Source: Lama guanicoe
Lineage: Eukaryota
Reading direction: 5' to 3'
Assembly: GCA_013239625.1 (NCBI GenBank)
Contig: MU053934.1
Location: forward strand, 12,061,413 to 12,125,412
Length of the DNA: 64,000 nt
Position numbers and translations under genes: made by a program. How positions within the stretch are numbered: the stretch's first letter is position 1; each line of letters opens with the position of its first letter. The notes beneath the pieces are model-generated. The model was not told the origin of the DNA. It saw only the letters and a list, made by a program, of their open reading frames with translations, and made no database searches. Positions 48,700 to 64,000 of this stretch are shown one piece after another.

Positions 48700-51600
48700 C
48701 GCACAGTCTCCACTCACGTTGGAAAAGCAGCAGACAGCAGCGATGGGCCAGCCGACACAGCTGCCTGAGTCGTCTGGCAGAGGCCTTAAAGCGGCTTTTA
48801 TAAAAATATGTGAACGAGAACGTGCAGTCTTGATAAAATATTAACGTTGAATGACTCACAAAGAAATGGACATGTTGGAACTGAAAAAAAATTCAAAAAC
48901 TAAAACAAAACAAAACAAAAAAACCCTTCCTGTATGGATTCAACAGCAGAATGGAGATGACAGAGGAAAGAATCCATGAACTCTAAGAATGTCATTAGAA
49001 ATTAATCTGAAAAATAGAAAACGAATTTCAAAAAATGAACAGAGTCTCAGGGACCCGTGGGACCACAACAAAGGGCTACATCTGTGTCCCTGGAGCCCCA
49101 GGAGGAGAGGAGGGAAAGTGTGGGGCTGAAAAAATATTTTTAAGAAATAATCACTGAAAACTTGTCAAGTTTTGTAAAAGACATAAACTTACAATTCAAG
49201 AAGCAGAGCAAATCCCATCCAGGATAAATGGAAGGAAATCCACACCAAGACACTTCAGAATCAAAATGCTGGAAACTATAAACAAAGAAAAACCTTCAAA
49301 GCGGCCAGAGAAAACTGATGTGTTACGTGTAGAAGGATCAGGATTTGAATGACTGGACTTCTCATCAGAAAGCAGAGACCAGAAGGAAGTAATGCAACAT
49401 TTTCTGAGTCCCAAAAGAGAAGAACTATCCGTTCAGATTCCTGTATCCAGCAGACTTCCTTAACCTGGTGAAGAGCTTCAACAAAAACCCTACAGCTAAC
49501 GTCAGACTTACTATGAAAGCCTTCGCGCCTCTCCCCCAGGTAGCGGGGTCCAGGCAGGAGTGCCCGTCTCACCACTCTTACTCACCACAGTGCCAGGACT
49601 TCCGCCAGCGCAAGAGGACAAGAAAAGGAAGGAACAGCAGACCAACTGGAAAGGAAGAATGAAACTGTCCTTTTTTCTTAGCAACACAATTATTCATGTA
49701 AAACATCCTAGACAATATATTTTTTTTAAAAAAAAGAACCGAACTCCTAGAACCAATAAATGAGTTTAGCAAGGTTGCAGGACACAAGGTCAACACAAAA
49801 GACAACTGCATTCTTATATATAAGCTATGAATAATTGGAAACCAAGTTTTTAAGAACGTTACCGTTTGTAATAGCTCCCACTTAACAGACATGAAAATGT
49901 CTAGGTGTAAATTCAGCAAAACATGAACAGGACTGGTGTGTTGAAAACGCTGTTAAAAAATAATAAAAAAATCTAAATAACAGAAAGATTCAGCATGTTC
50001 ATGGGTTTGAAGACTCAGAATAGTAAAGATGTCAGTTCTCCCCAAAGTGGTCTACAGATGTAACCAGCCAGAGTCCAGCAAGATTATTTTGTGGACGCAG
50101 ACAAGCCAAGTGTAAAGTTTATGTGGAAGGGCAATGGAACTGAAACAACTGAAGTAATTTGAAAAGAAGAAGAAAATTGCAGGAGTCACACCACCCAACT
50201 CAGCACTCGGAGCACGGCTGCGGTCATCAGGCCCGTACGGGACCGGTGAACCGAGAGATGGCCTCCCGGATCACGGAGGAGGGCGGACAGCCCAGACACA
50301 GACCCGCAGGCATCTCTGACAGCTGTGCAAGTGCAGCTCAGTGGAGGAAGAATAGTTTCTTCAGCAAGTGGCACTGGTCACCCATATTCAAAGCGACCAC
50401 CCATGACCTAAACGTCACACCTGATGCAAAGATGAATTCAAAGTGAGCCCTAGGTCTTCTCGTAAAGCACAGACTATAAGACTTCTCAGAGAAAAAGTAG
50501 GAGAACATCTTTGTGACATGGGGTTAGTCAAAGAGTTTGCAGAAGTGACACCACAAGCCTGATCCATAAAAGAAAAACACTGGATACACTGGGCTTCATC
50601 AAAATTAAAAACGTTTGCTCTACCCAAGACATTGTCAGAAGAATAATGAGAGAAACTACAAAATACTGTTTCATGAAGAAAGTGTAGGAGAAAATGTCTG
50701 CAAACTGCCCGTCACAAAAGGACTTGTACGCAGCATGTAAAAGAGCTCTCAAAACTCAGCACCAGGGAAACAGCACGGCTATCAAACAGGAAGGGGCTTG
50801 AGCTGTGGCGGCACCAGAGGGGTGTGCAGGGCCGACGGCGCACGCGGACAGGGGCCCTGCGTCTCCAGCCACGAGTGAAATGCGAGGTGGGGCCTTGGTA
50901 AGAGGCCACCACACGCTTACCAGAACGACTAACGGAGAAACACGGACACACTGAGTGCCAAGTGCTGGTGAGGATGTGAAGCGAGGGGAACACTCAGCGC
51001 CGATGCCAGGACGCAGCCACCCACGAGATGCCGGCTCCGCTTCTCGCGCAGTAGCTACCTGCTTCCCATGGGACGTGGCAACCCCGCTCCAGGCACCCCC
51101 CCCGGGCATGTATCCTAGGGAATGAACATGTGTGTTCGCACAAAAACCTGTATATGAATGTTGGAAGTGGCTTTATTCGTAACAGCTGGAAACAGCCCAA
51201 ACATCCTCCAGTGGGTGAACAGATAAACCGGTGGTGGTGATCCAGATGCGGAGGACCACTCCGTCAGGAAAGGCGCAAACTGCCGACCCACACAGCCACC
51301 CAGACGAAGCTCAAAGGCTCACACCGAGTGGTTAATCCCGCAGGTTGCCTACTGCCTTGATTCCATCTACAGGACAAACCTACCATCCCGGGGAACAGAG
51401 CGGCAGTTGCCAGGTTATGGGAGGGGGGGCGTGGGCCTGGAAGTCCAGGCAGCAGGGCGTTTTCTGGGGTGATGGAACCGTTCTGGATCCTGTTCCAGGA
51501 ATGACTATCGGAACATGCTAAAACTCACTGTGCACCAAAATAAAAAGGTTCATTTTACAATCAGATAATCAGAAAAACTAGGTGAACAAAATATTTTTAA
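48700..51600 (+). mobile_element. Old L1, sense; ORF1 remnant joined to ORF2 RT/C-terminal region and 3'UTR
   Basis: GSRQECPS resembles the L1 RT motif GTRQGCPLS; ttcatgggtttgaagactcagaatagtaaagatgtcagttctccccaaa; 3'UTR ttctggggtgatggaaccgttctggatc; many stops and frameshifts. Confidence 0.85.
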
Positions 51601-51899
51601 AATGCATGTTTCCAGCAATTTTTCCGTGTGCCGGTTCTTTCCCCTTGGAGCAAGCTCTCCCACCGGGCGCAGGGGCAAGGCGGCGCTCCCTCGGGGCCTC
51701 CAGGGCCCACAGCCTGGAGCAGGTGCTCAGGAGCTAGGCGGAATGTCGTCGGGTCCCTCCTGGAGGATGTTGCCAGAGGCAAAAAAGACATCTGCACTGG
51801 GGGCCCAAGACGAGGGAGGTGTCCTCAAGGATGTTCTCGCCCACACAAGCCAAAGCAGGGCAGGGACCTGGGGGTGGAGGGAGGCGGGCCCTGACATCC

Positions 51900-53150
51900 C
51901 CTCCCTGGCCGCTAGGCCGCTAGGCCCCTCCCTAACAGCCCGCCCGGACCCGACTTGCTCGGCCTCACGGGGCGGCCCCTTCCCACAGCAGATGAGCCCT
52001 CTCCCCTCGCCCTCCAGGGCCTGTAAGCCAAGCCCCAGCCTCGTCCCCCGGGACAACCTCCCTCCTCCAACGGGCCCGCCCCGGCAGCTGCGCCCCGGCT
52101 GCCGACCCCCAGGGGAAGCCGCGACCCTGCCCACTGGCCGCGGGGACCCGGCAGAAGCCAGATCTCGAAGTGTGCGTGGGGCGGCGGGGGCCAGTGGAGA
52201 GACACAGGCGGGCGCCCCAGTCCCGCCCCTCCGGCTCCTAGCCTAGCCGCCCACCCGGCTGAGGCCCAGAAGCTCCAGGGCGCAGGTGCTGGTCGGGGCT
52301 ACCGGGGAAACTCGCCCAGGGCGCCAAGGGACGGTGGCTCCACTGGCGAGGTGGGCGTCCCTCCGCCCCCTGAGCTCTCGGCTGGCTTACCCACAGCATT
52401 TCTCTCCCAAACGGCTGGGGCACACGCCCTCCCCAGTAGTCACTACTGGGTCCACGGCCGGCCAGAGGTGCCCCGAAACATCCCCCCGCCACCCCCCCCC
52501 NNNNNNNNNNNNNNNNNNNNNNNNNNNNNNNNNNNNNNNNNNNNNNNNNNNNNNNNNNNNNNNNNNNNNNNNNNNNNNNNNNNNNNNNNNNNNCGCACCC
52601 CCCCCCCGCCCAGCCCTGGGCCCACTCCCCAGCCTGGCTCGCGTCCGCCCCACAGGCCACTGCGTCCGCCCTAATGCTGTTCTCTGGGGTGCCCAGCGAA
52701 ACGCAGAAAACCATACATTTAAACATGCACAAGAGGAGTCGTAGGAAAAAAGACCCAATCGTCTCTTAAATAAGCAGCCATTTAAAACCAGCGTTAAAAT
52801 GATAGGATCCTATTGGAAGCTGTTCTCAGGAAGATTCTGCAGGAACCGAGGCGTCCTGGCTGGAAGAGGGCGAATACGGGACTGGTTCCAGTCAGTCGCC
52901 AGGGGCTGGAGGGATGGGAGAGCACCGCTTCCCGGAGAGATGCGGACGCCACCGACGCCGGCGCTGCGGTCCGGGGGCCCTGCTGCCAGGCGCCTCTCCC
53001 TGCCCTGCCGAGCTGCCTCCCCTTCCTCTGGTGACCGGGCTGGACACCCGAACTTGGGCCTCCGCACGGCCTCCCAGGACCAAGCCCCTCCGCCGGTCTC
53101 ACTGCAGAACCCGGCTCGCAGCTGCAGCGCCGCAGTTACCATTTCCCCAA
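51900..53150. promoter_or_regulatory. Second orphan CpG-rich island between L1 blocks
   Basis: High CpG, GC boxes (cccgccc) and C-runs flanking a gap. Confidence 0.55.
52501..52593. other. Assembly gap (93 N)
   Basis: Run of N between poly-C tracts. Confidence 1.
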
Positions 53151-53479
53151 ACAAGAAGACCCCACACCGCCAGCCCTCTGATCCCAGCCACTCTGGGTAT
53201 CACTCTTTCCTTTGTTCCCCCCCCCCCTCCCTCTGAGACCCCTCCCCAGCCTAGTGTCTCCCCCAGAGCTCATCTTGCCTAGGCGGAGCCCCACGCCCAG
53301 CTGCTGGTGCTAGGAGCCCACAGCACCTTGACAGTCGCTCTTCCCTGCGGGAAACTCCTGACCCCTCCCCCGGCTCTGCCCGCCTCCCCTCCCCTCGTCC
53401 TGCCCCAGCCGCTCCATGGCCCACTGTGCCCACACTGGGGGCTCTGCGGCCACAGCCCTGCTGGCCTCTCCACAGAAAC

Positions 53480-54330
53480 CCGCAAGACTTTGAGCAGATT
53501 TCGCATTAGAAGCCTTGGAGGAGAGAAGGCAATGGGGTGACAAATTTAAAGTCCTGAAGAAAAAGAAAAACCTGTCAACCAAGAATTCTATATCTGGAAA
53601 TGAAGGAGAAGGTGAGATCTTTCCAGACAAATAAAAGCTCAGGGAGTTCATTAGCAGTAGGCACCCCCCCCCCAAAAAAAACCCTCAGGAGAGTGCTTCA
53701 GGCTGAGGTGAAGCTTCGAGAAAGTGCAGAGCACTGGTGAGGGGTGCTGCACAGGGGAATTTAAAAGCTCGTATTAGTGTGCTTTGGGATTGTAACTCCT
53801 CAGTTTATAAAATGTGATTTAAAAGGCAGATGCATGAAACAATAATTATAAATCTATGCTAATGGACACACAGCAGATGAAGATGAATCTGTAACGGGGG
53901 GGAGAATTACAGGAGCAAAGTCTATACAATTGAAACTAAGCTGGTATTATTTGCACTAGATTTTTATAAGTTTAAGATTTTAATTGTAACTCCCAAGGAA
54001 ACTATTAGTACTGAAAAAGACTACAGAAAAGGGAAGAAGGACATCAAAATAGTACACTACAAAAATCAGCTAAATACCCCGAAAGGCAGTAAAGGAGGAA
54101 TTGAGGAACAGCTATGGTAGAAGTAAATTCTTTCTTTTCAGTAATCACTTTAAATGTAAATGGATTAAACTCTCCAATGAAAAGGCAGAGCCTGGCAAAG
54201 ATGATCCCTGCAAGGGACTCACTTTACAAAGACAAAGAGGTTGAAGATGGAAGGATGGAATGAGACATTCCCTGCAAGCAGGACTCAGAGGGCTGGGGTG
54301 GCTGTGCCGTCATCACACAGAGTAGACTGT
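53480..54330 (+). mobile_element. Old L1 fragment: ORF1 3' end to the start of the ORF2 endonuclease
   Basis: 54138-54188 translates SVITLNVNGLNSPMKRQ, the L1 ORF2 endonuclease N-terminal motif. Confidence 0.85.
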
Positions 54331-55169
54331 ACGTCACGCGCCCTTCAGGACAGTTACGGTTTCTCTCGACATCATGCGTGGAATGGGCTGTACCTGCCTG
54401 GCCCACGTGAAAGGGTGAGGGTTCTGACTTTTCCACCTCTGAAGGCTCATCCAGTCACGAAACGGTTTCATCCCGCTCCTCCTTTGTTTTGTTTGTCCCC
54501 CGGTGTCTGCTACCGCCTGCATCCTTCCTGTCTTGCTCCAGACCCGCCCTGCCACTCTGCCCCAAAACCGTCTCCTTCCCCTCATCCTGCTCCGACTTTT
54601 CTTTCTGAATAGCCATTGTTGTGTTCTAGATATTTTACTCTTGGGTTTATGCACCTGTCCTCTGCCTTGGTCAGGGACCTGGGTCTGCTCTACTCAGGGA
54701 GGGCGTGGGTCACAGAAGGCACTACGCAAGCATTAATGAGTGAATCACTGGTGGCTCAGATCTACCTCCTCCAAACGCCAACTCCCGCTGCCGCATCCCC
54801 ATCTCAGCCCACGGAGCCCCGCCCTCCAGGCGCTGTTTCACTCCTTCGCATGGTACCCAAGCCAGGATGCCCCGTGGCCCCACCTGCCTGCCACACCCCT
54901 CCCCTGCCCATCCTGTAAGAGCCAGGCTGCCGGGAACACGCTGCTCTGAGTGGCAGCCCTCCTGTACTTCCTGTGTGCTTCCCATCCCCTTCTCCCCCTC
55001 AGGCACCGGGCACCCCATGTAAGGTACGTGTGCAGCTGCTTGTGGTCTGTCTCCCCCACGCGAAGCTCAGCGCCAGGGGAGGTGACCGACGGCCCCATTT
55101 CCTGGGCTTTAGACCTGAGAAGCCCCTCAGCCCAGGACAGACCCGGCCGTGGCCCCGGCTCTGGGGGCA

Positions 55170-55258
55170 GTGCTGTTGGTTCCTAGTGCTGGGACAGGGT
55201 GGCACCCAGTGGGTGCTCAGAACCTGCTCAAGGAATGAGAACGAGTGAATGAATGAGG
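55170..55258 (+). mobile_element. L2 3'-end fragment
   Basis: cctagtgctgggacagggtggcacccagtgggtgctcag...gagtgaatgaatga. Confidence 0.5.
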
Positions 55259-56804
55259 AACACGGACATCCAAAGGCTCACCCCAGGTCAGTTGTGAGCC
55301 CTGGCTGGGACCTTGGTCCCCCACCTCACCCTGTGCCTCGATGGGGAGAAGGCACCAGAGGCAGACAGGGGTCTCCAGAGGACCATAAGGAGTACTTGTG
55401 GGGAACCCAAATCCACAGCTTGCCAGCCTGCGAGGAGGGGAACTAGGGGCTGGAGGAGTGGGGCAGTCCTGTCAATCATCGGGTAGGCGGGCCTTTGGGT
55501 TGAGTGGCACTGGGTGGCCCTGGCCTGCCGATGGCAGCCCGTAGGCATGTTGGTATCCCCAGCCTTGGAATGTCCTCCAATACAGCCAGGGGGTTGCATG
55601 TGGCAGGGGTTGGGGGGCAGCTCCTTCTGTGTCTGTGGTTCCACCCCCCTCAAGCCCCGGCTGCAGTCATGACCACTACACCATTTTAGGAGGTATACCG
55701 GGCCCCATGGTCCTCCCACCCCCACCCTAGGGGGCCACCTTGCCCTGCAGACCCCATTTCTGTCTTCAAGGGAAGAGGCAAGCCAGGCGGACAGGTGTTT
55801 ACTGAGCAAGGGGACATGCTGGCTTTGCCCACCCCCTGGTCAGCTGGGGGCAGCAGCCCCACTAATGGAGGGACGAGAAGGCTCAGAGGCCCATAGCGGC
55901 TGAAGGAGGGACAGCCAAGCCAGGGCCCAGAGGTAGGAGTGCACCTGCCGCTGACTGGCCTGGGGTGCCTGTCCCTGTGTGCACCGCAGTCAGGTGGCGG
56001 GGACTCCAGACGGCAGCCTGAGAAGGGCACCTCGGTGGTCCTTGTGAGCCGGCGGGAGAGTCCCACAAGGGCAGAGTAAGCCAGCCAACTGCTGAGTGAC
56101 CCCTGTCCCAGGGCACAGAAGTCATGCTGCAGGACCAGGGGTCCCTCTGTGGTCTCTGAGCACAGACAGCACACAGTGGCCCTCCGTGAGTGCAACACAT
56201 CTGGGAATGGCGCGTCCTGGCAGATGGTTCCTGCCTAGGGCCACTGGAGGCAACCAGCCCTCACTGGACTGGCCTGGTGAGGGGCCTGGGGAGTGGAGAT
56301 GGTCTGGCCTCCAGGAGGGCTGGTGCAGGGTGGGTGCTCTGGGCAGGAAGTGGAGATGATCCTGGGCCCATGGGATCGGGTCAACTACACAAAGGGTGGG
56401 GGGGTCACACCCTGCACTCCAGAGCCCTTGTCCTCAGGGCCAGGGATGCTGGCCGTGACCACTGGTTGTCCAGAGGGAGCCTAGACCACACCGAGACAGG
56501 GCAGGCCAGGGGCTGGGTCGTCTGGGGAGGGGGGCACCCCACCCAGCCATTCTCTTGTCACCCACTCAGGGGATTCAGGAGGACTGGAGGTCCTTCATCT
56601 GACCAAGGGCCCCTGTGGAGCCGCAGGCCTCTGGAGAGCTGACAGGTACATGCACCCCACGGTCTGGGGCCAGGTGAGACCACCCCTACACCCTGAGGCC
56701 CAGCTTCACTGTCTGAGGCTTGGGGTGTCCAGACGTGAGTTGACCCCCCCACACCGCAGCAATCGGGCCCTGGCGCTTGCTTCCTCTTGATGAGACACAT
56801 GGCC

Positions 56805-61217
<4,413 letters not shown>

Positions 61218-63049
61218 TCATAGGTCCTGGCGCCTGCATGAGGCCCTGTGGGTGGCTGGGCGGGTCAGGGGGAGGGGAGTTCTGGGGCTACATAGCCAGG
61301 GAGGGTCCTCCCTGCCCCAAGACCATCAGGGAACCAGGCCCCTGGGGAGCGGTGGGCCCACCCTGAGCCACACGCAGAATTGTCCGCTGGGCGTCAGGAG
61401 TAGCGCCCAGGTCCAAGGAGCAGGTTGCTCCTGACAACGCATAGCTACTGGCCAGCCTGGTCAGCCAGGGGGCAGAGGAGCCCATCCTGGGCCAGATGGC
61501 CAGCCCCACTGACTTCAAAGATGAGCAACAGGAAAGGTCTGCTGGGGGCACCTGGGACATACCCCAGGTCACCGCAGCTAGGGCTCTGTTCCTGGGCAGA
61601 TGGCCGCGCTGGCACAGGTGGGACCGGCCCCGATGGCCTGGTCAGGGCATGGGCAGCTGTGGCCAGACAAGTGTTGTGTGGGGACCTGGGCTGTCACCTT
61701 CAGCACAGGGATGCTGAGCAGTGTTTTCTGCCTTGGTGAGGCCGGATTTGCAGGCAGACCCCTTGGGGTCAGTGGAGTTAGTTCCTCGGGAGTCACCATG
61801 CCCTGGGGACACCTGCACCCATGGGGTTGGCAGCCCAGGTTCCCCCTGCACTCAGGCCTGGTGATGCGGCAGACGGGGGGGTAACCCCTGCTGGGACAGT
61901 GTGCCCAGGAAGGGGGCGGTGTGCCTTCAGTGGTGCTTCTGGGGGCACAGGCCCTGGCAAACTTGAGGAGCATGTCAGGAAGACCACAATGGGCTGACGC
62001 TCAAAGGGAAGTGAAGGGAGGAGGCCCTGGGCCCACGGTCCATCTCCCCCAGGACGCACAGGAGGGACCAGGTTGAACTGTTACATCCATGTAACAGGAG
62101 GGGAGGAGAGAAGAGGGTGCACTGAAGGCCGGGCTCCCTGCAGAGACAGCAGAGCAGGAATGAGGCTCCCTGAGGGCCAAGCCGGCTTAGCACTGAAAGG
62201 AGGTTGTGACTTGAGGGCAGCCGTCCCCCCAGCCCTGGGGCCCCCAGCTGCTTCAACTCAGGGAATTCTTTCCAGCCCAACATGAGCAGGTGGGCAGTGG
62301 AGGAGGCCTGCCTGTAGGAGCTGGGCAGAGGCACTGCCTCCGAGGCCCAGACAACAGGCTGCCGGTGGGCCATTGTGGAGCCCGTCACTCAGCAGAGCTT
62401 CCACTTGGCCATTTCAGAAACCCACTCAAAATGGCAGCAGGAACCTCGAGGTCTGAAAGATTCCTGGGAAAGAAACCCAGCACTGTGATCCCGCTGTGGC
62501 CAAAAGTGGAGTCACAGGGGCCAGGTCTGCCCTCCTGCCACAAACAGCCTGGGCCCCAGACAAGATGTGTGGGTCAATGGTGTCAAGACACTGGACGGCG
62601 GAAAGGCAGGACAGTGATGGCCCAGAGGTGCAGCCCCATGAGCGCTCTGCTGTCTTGAGAGTTTCCAGGTGGTGGCAGAGGGAGGGGCATCTGGGGGTAC
62701 CTGGCACCCTCCCTGAGTAGAGAAATGGGGCAGAGAGTCTGGGCAGACCACAGGGCCCAGAGTCTGAAGATCGAGCGTGAGCCAAAGGAGTGATGCAGAA
62801 AGAATGGGGCAATGAGTGTTCAGCAGAGCATCAGTGAGCACATGGGTGTAAGGAGCTACCAGAGGCAGGGAGAGAACAAGCTAAAGGGGTTTGAGGGAGC
62901 AGCATTCTGTACCCGCACAGGACCGGGGATACCCCTGCTCTCAGCCAGGCCAGAAACCTCAGGATTCACAGGCCACGGGCACAGTGTACGCAAGTCTTGC
63001 CTCTGTAGGGGGAACAATTAGCCTTAGACAGAGAACTGCTCTAGTCTCA

Positions 63050-64000
63050 CCTAACCAAATCTTAAAAGAAAGACCTCAAAAAGATTAAGCTGTTTCCAAG
63101 TAACTTAACTGCATTCCAGAAAAGGCTCAAGGACATTTGTAAGGTGAAAAAATATATATATCCAGCACAAAATGGGTAAAATCACAATGTCTACCATCCA
63201 ATAAAAAATTACAAGCCATGAGAAGAATCAGAAAAATATAACCCAGAATGAGAAGAAAAATCAATGAATTACAACTGACACAGATGTTAGAATTAGTAGG
63301 CAGGAACATTGAGACAGTTATAACTGTATTCAAAAAGTTAATTACAGACATGAAAGATTAAAAATTCCAAGTCCCACTTCTAGGGATGAAAACTACAATG
63401 TCTGAGAAGAAAAAGTACATCAGCTGGATTAATAACAGATTAGCCAGTGGAGAAAAAAGACGGGAACTTAACATAGCAATAGAAAACACCCAAAAGTGGA
63501 TGGAGAGAGATGGTGATGGTGGTGATGGTGGTGATGGTGATGATGATTGTGGTGGTGGTGGTGATGGTGATGATGGTGATGGTGGTGGCGGCGATGGTGA
63601 TGACAATGATGATGGTGGTGGTGGTTATGATGATGATGATGGTGATACTATAGAACAGAGTATTGCTGAGCTATAAGACAACTTCAAATGACCTAATGTA
63701 TGATAGAGTCCCAGAAGAAATGGGGGTGATGAAAAAACACTTGAAGAAATGAGATAATTTTCAAACCTGATGAAAACTGTAACTCCCAGATCCAAGAAGC
63801 TAGACAAATGATAAGAAATATGAAGAAATTACAAGGCACACCAGGATCAGTTTGCTCAAAAGCGGGAGATCAAGAGAAAACTAAAAGACACCAGAGGAAA
63901 AAGACACGCTATGTACAGAGGAACGAAGATCAGGATGACGCGATGCAAGTGACAAGGTGATGGAGAAAGACCTCTAGGACAGAGAGACAAAATCCGCTGA
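63050..64000 (+). mobile_element. Old L1 ORF1-region remnant, probably in an IL17REL 5' intron
   Basis: Abrupt A-rich shift; WINNRLASGEK...EL and gacaacttcaaatgacctaatgta...gagtcccagaag resemble L1M ORF1. Confidence 0.8.
63509..63646. repeat. Compound (GAT/GGT)n trinucleotide repeat
   Basis: About 46 triplets of GAT/GGT with a few interruptions. Confidence 0.95.

Noticed and set aside
61733..61762. Minus-strand peptide GSACKSGLT as a candidate upstream IL17REL exon
   Set aside because: Weak AAG acceptor and no GT donor at the required phase-1 position; probably chance.
62380..62465. Good minus-strand acceptor (tttctttcccag) upstream of IL17REL
   Set aside because: All three frames stop within about 25 codons, with no signal peptide or convincing donor; at most a non-coding exon.

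Overview
Very GC-rich mammalian genomic DNA, not prokaryotic. A tRNA-derived SINE of the camelid type suggests alpaca or camel. Gene order matches the human 22q13.33 block. Three spliced genes can be rebuilt by hand from GT-AG boundaries with consistent phases: (1) the last five coding exons of CRELD2 (+, 1269-5484, ending in REDL*); (2) the complete six-exon PIM3 kinase (+, 34864-36745, 326 aa) with CpG-island promoter and 3'UTR; (3) about 14 coding exons of IL17REL (-, 61192 to about 56805), whose 5' end lies beyond the window. The rest is intergenic: two orphan CpG islands with assembly gaps, old L1/L2/MLT1/MER20 repeats, tandem repeats and candidate enhancers. Best leads: an intact IL17RE-like ectodomain in IL17REL with extra exons and no TM or SEFIR domain; a 75-nt in-frame hairpin intron, a uORF and an open in-frame leader in PIM3; a MEF2/GATA module with downstream poly(A) signals and a possible micropeptide; and a SOX-OCT composite motif upstream of PIM3. 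Nearly all ORFs in the supplied track are GC-content artefacts. Comparisons with human proteins and repeat consensi are from memory and need checking by alignment.
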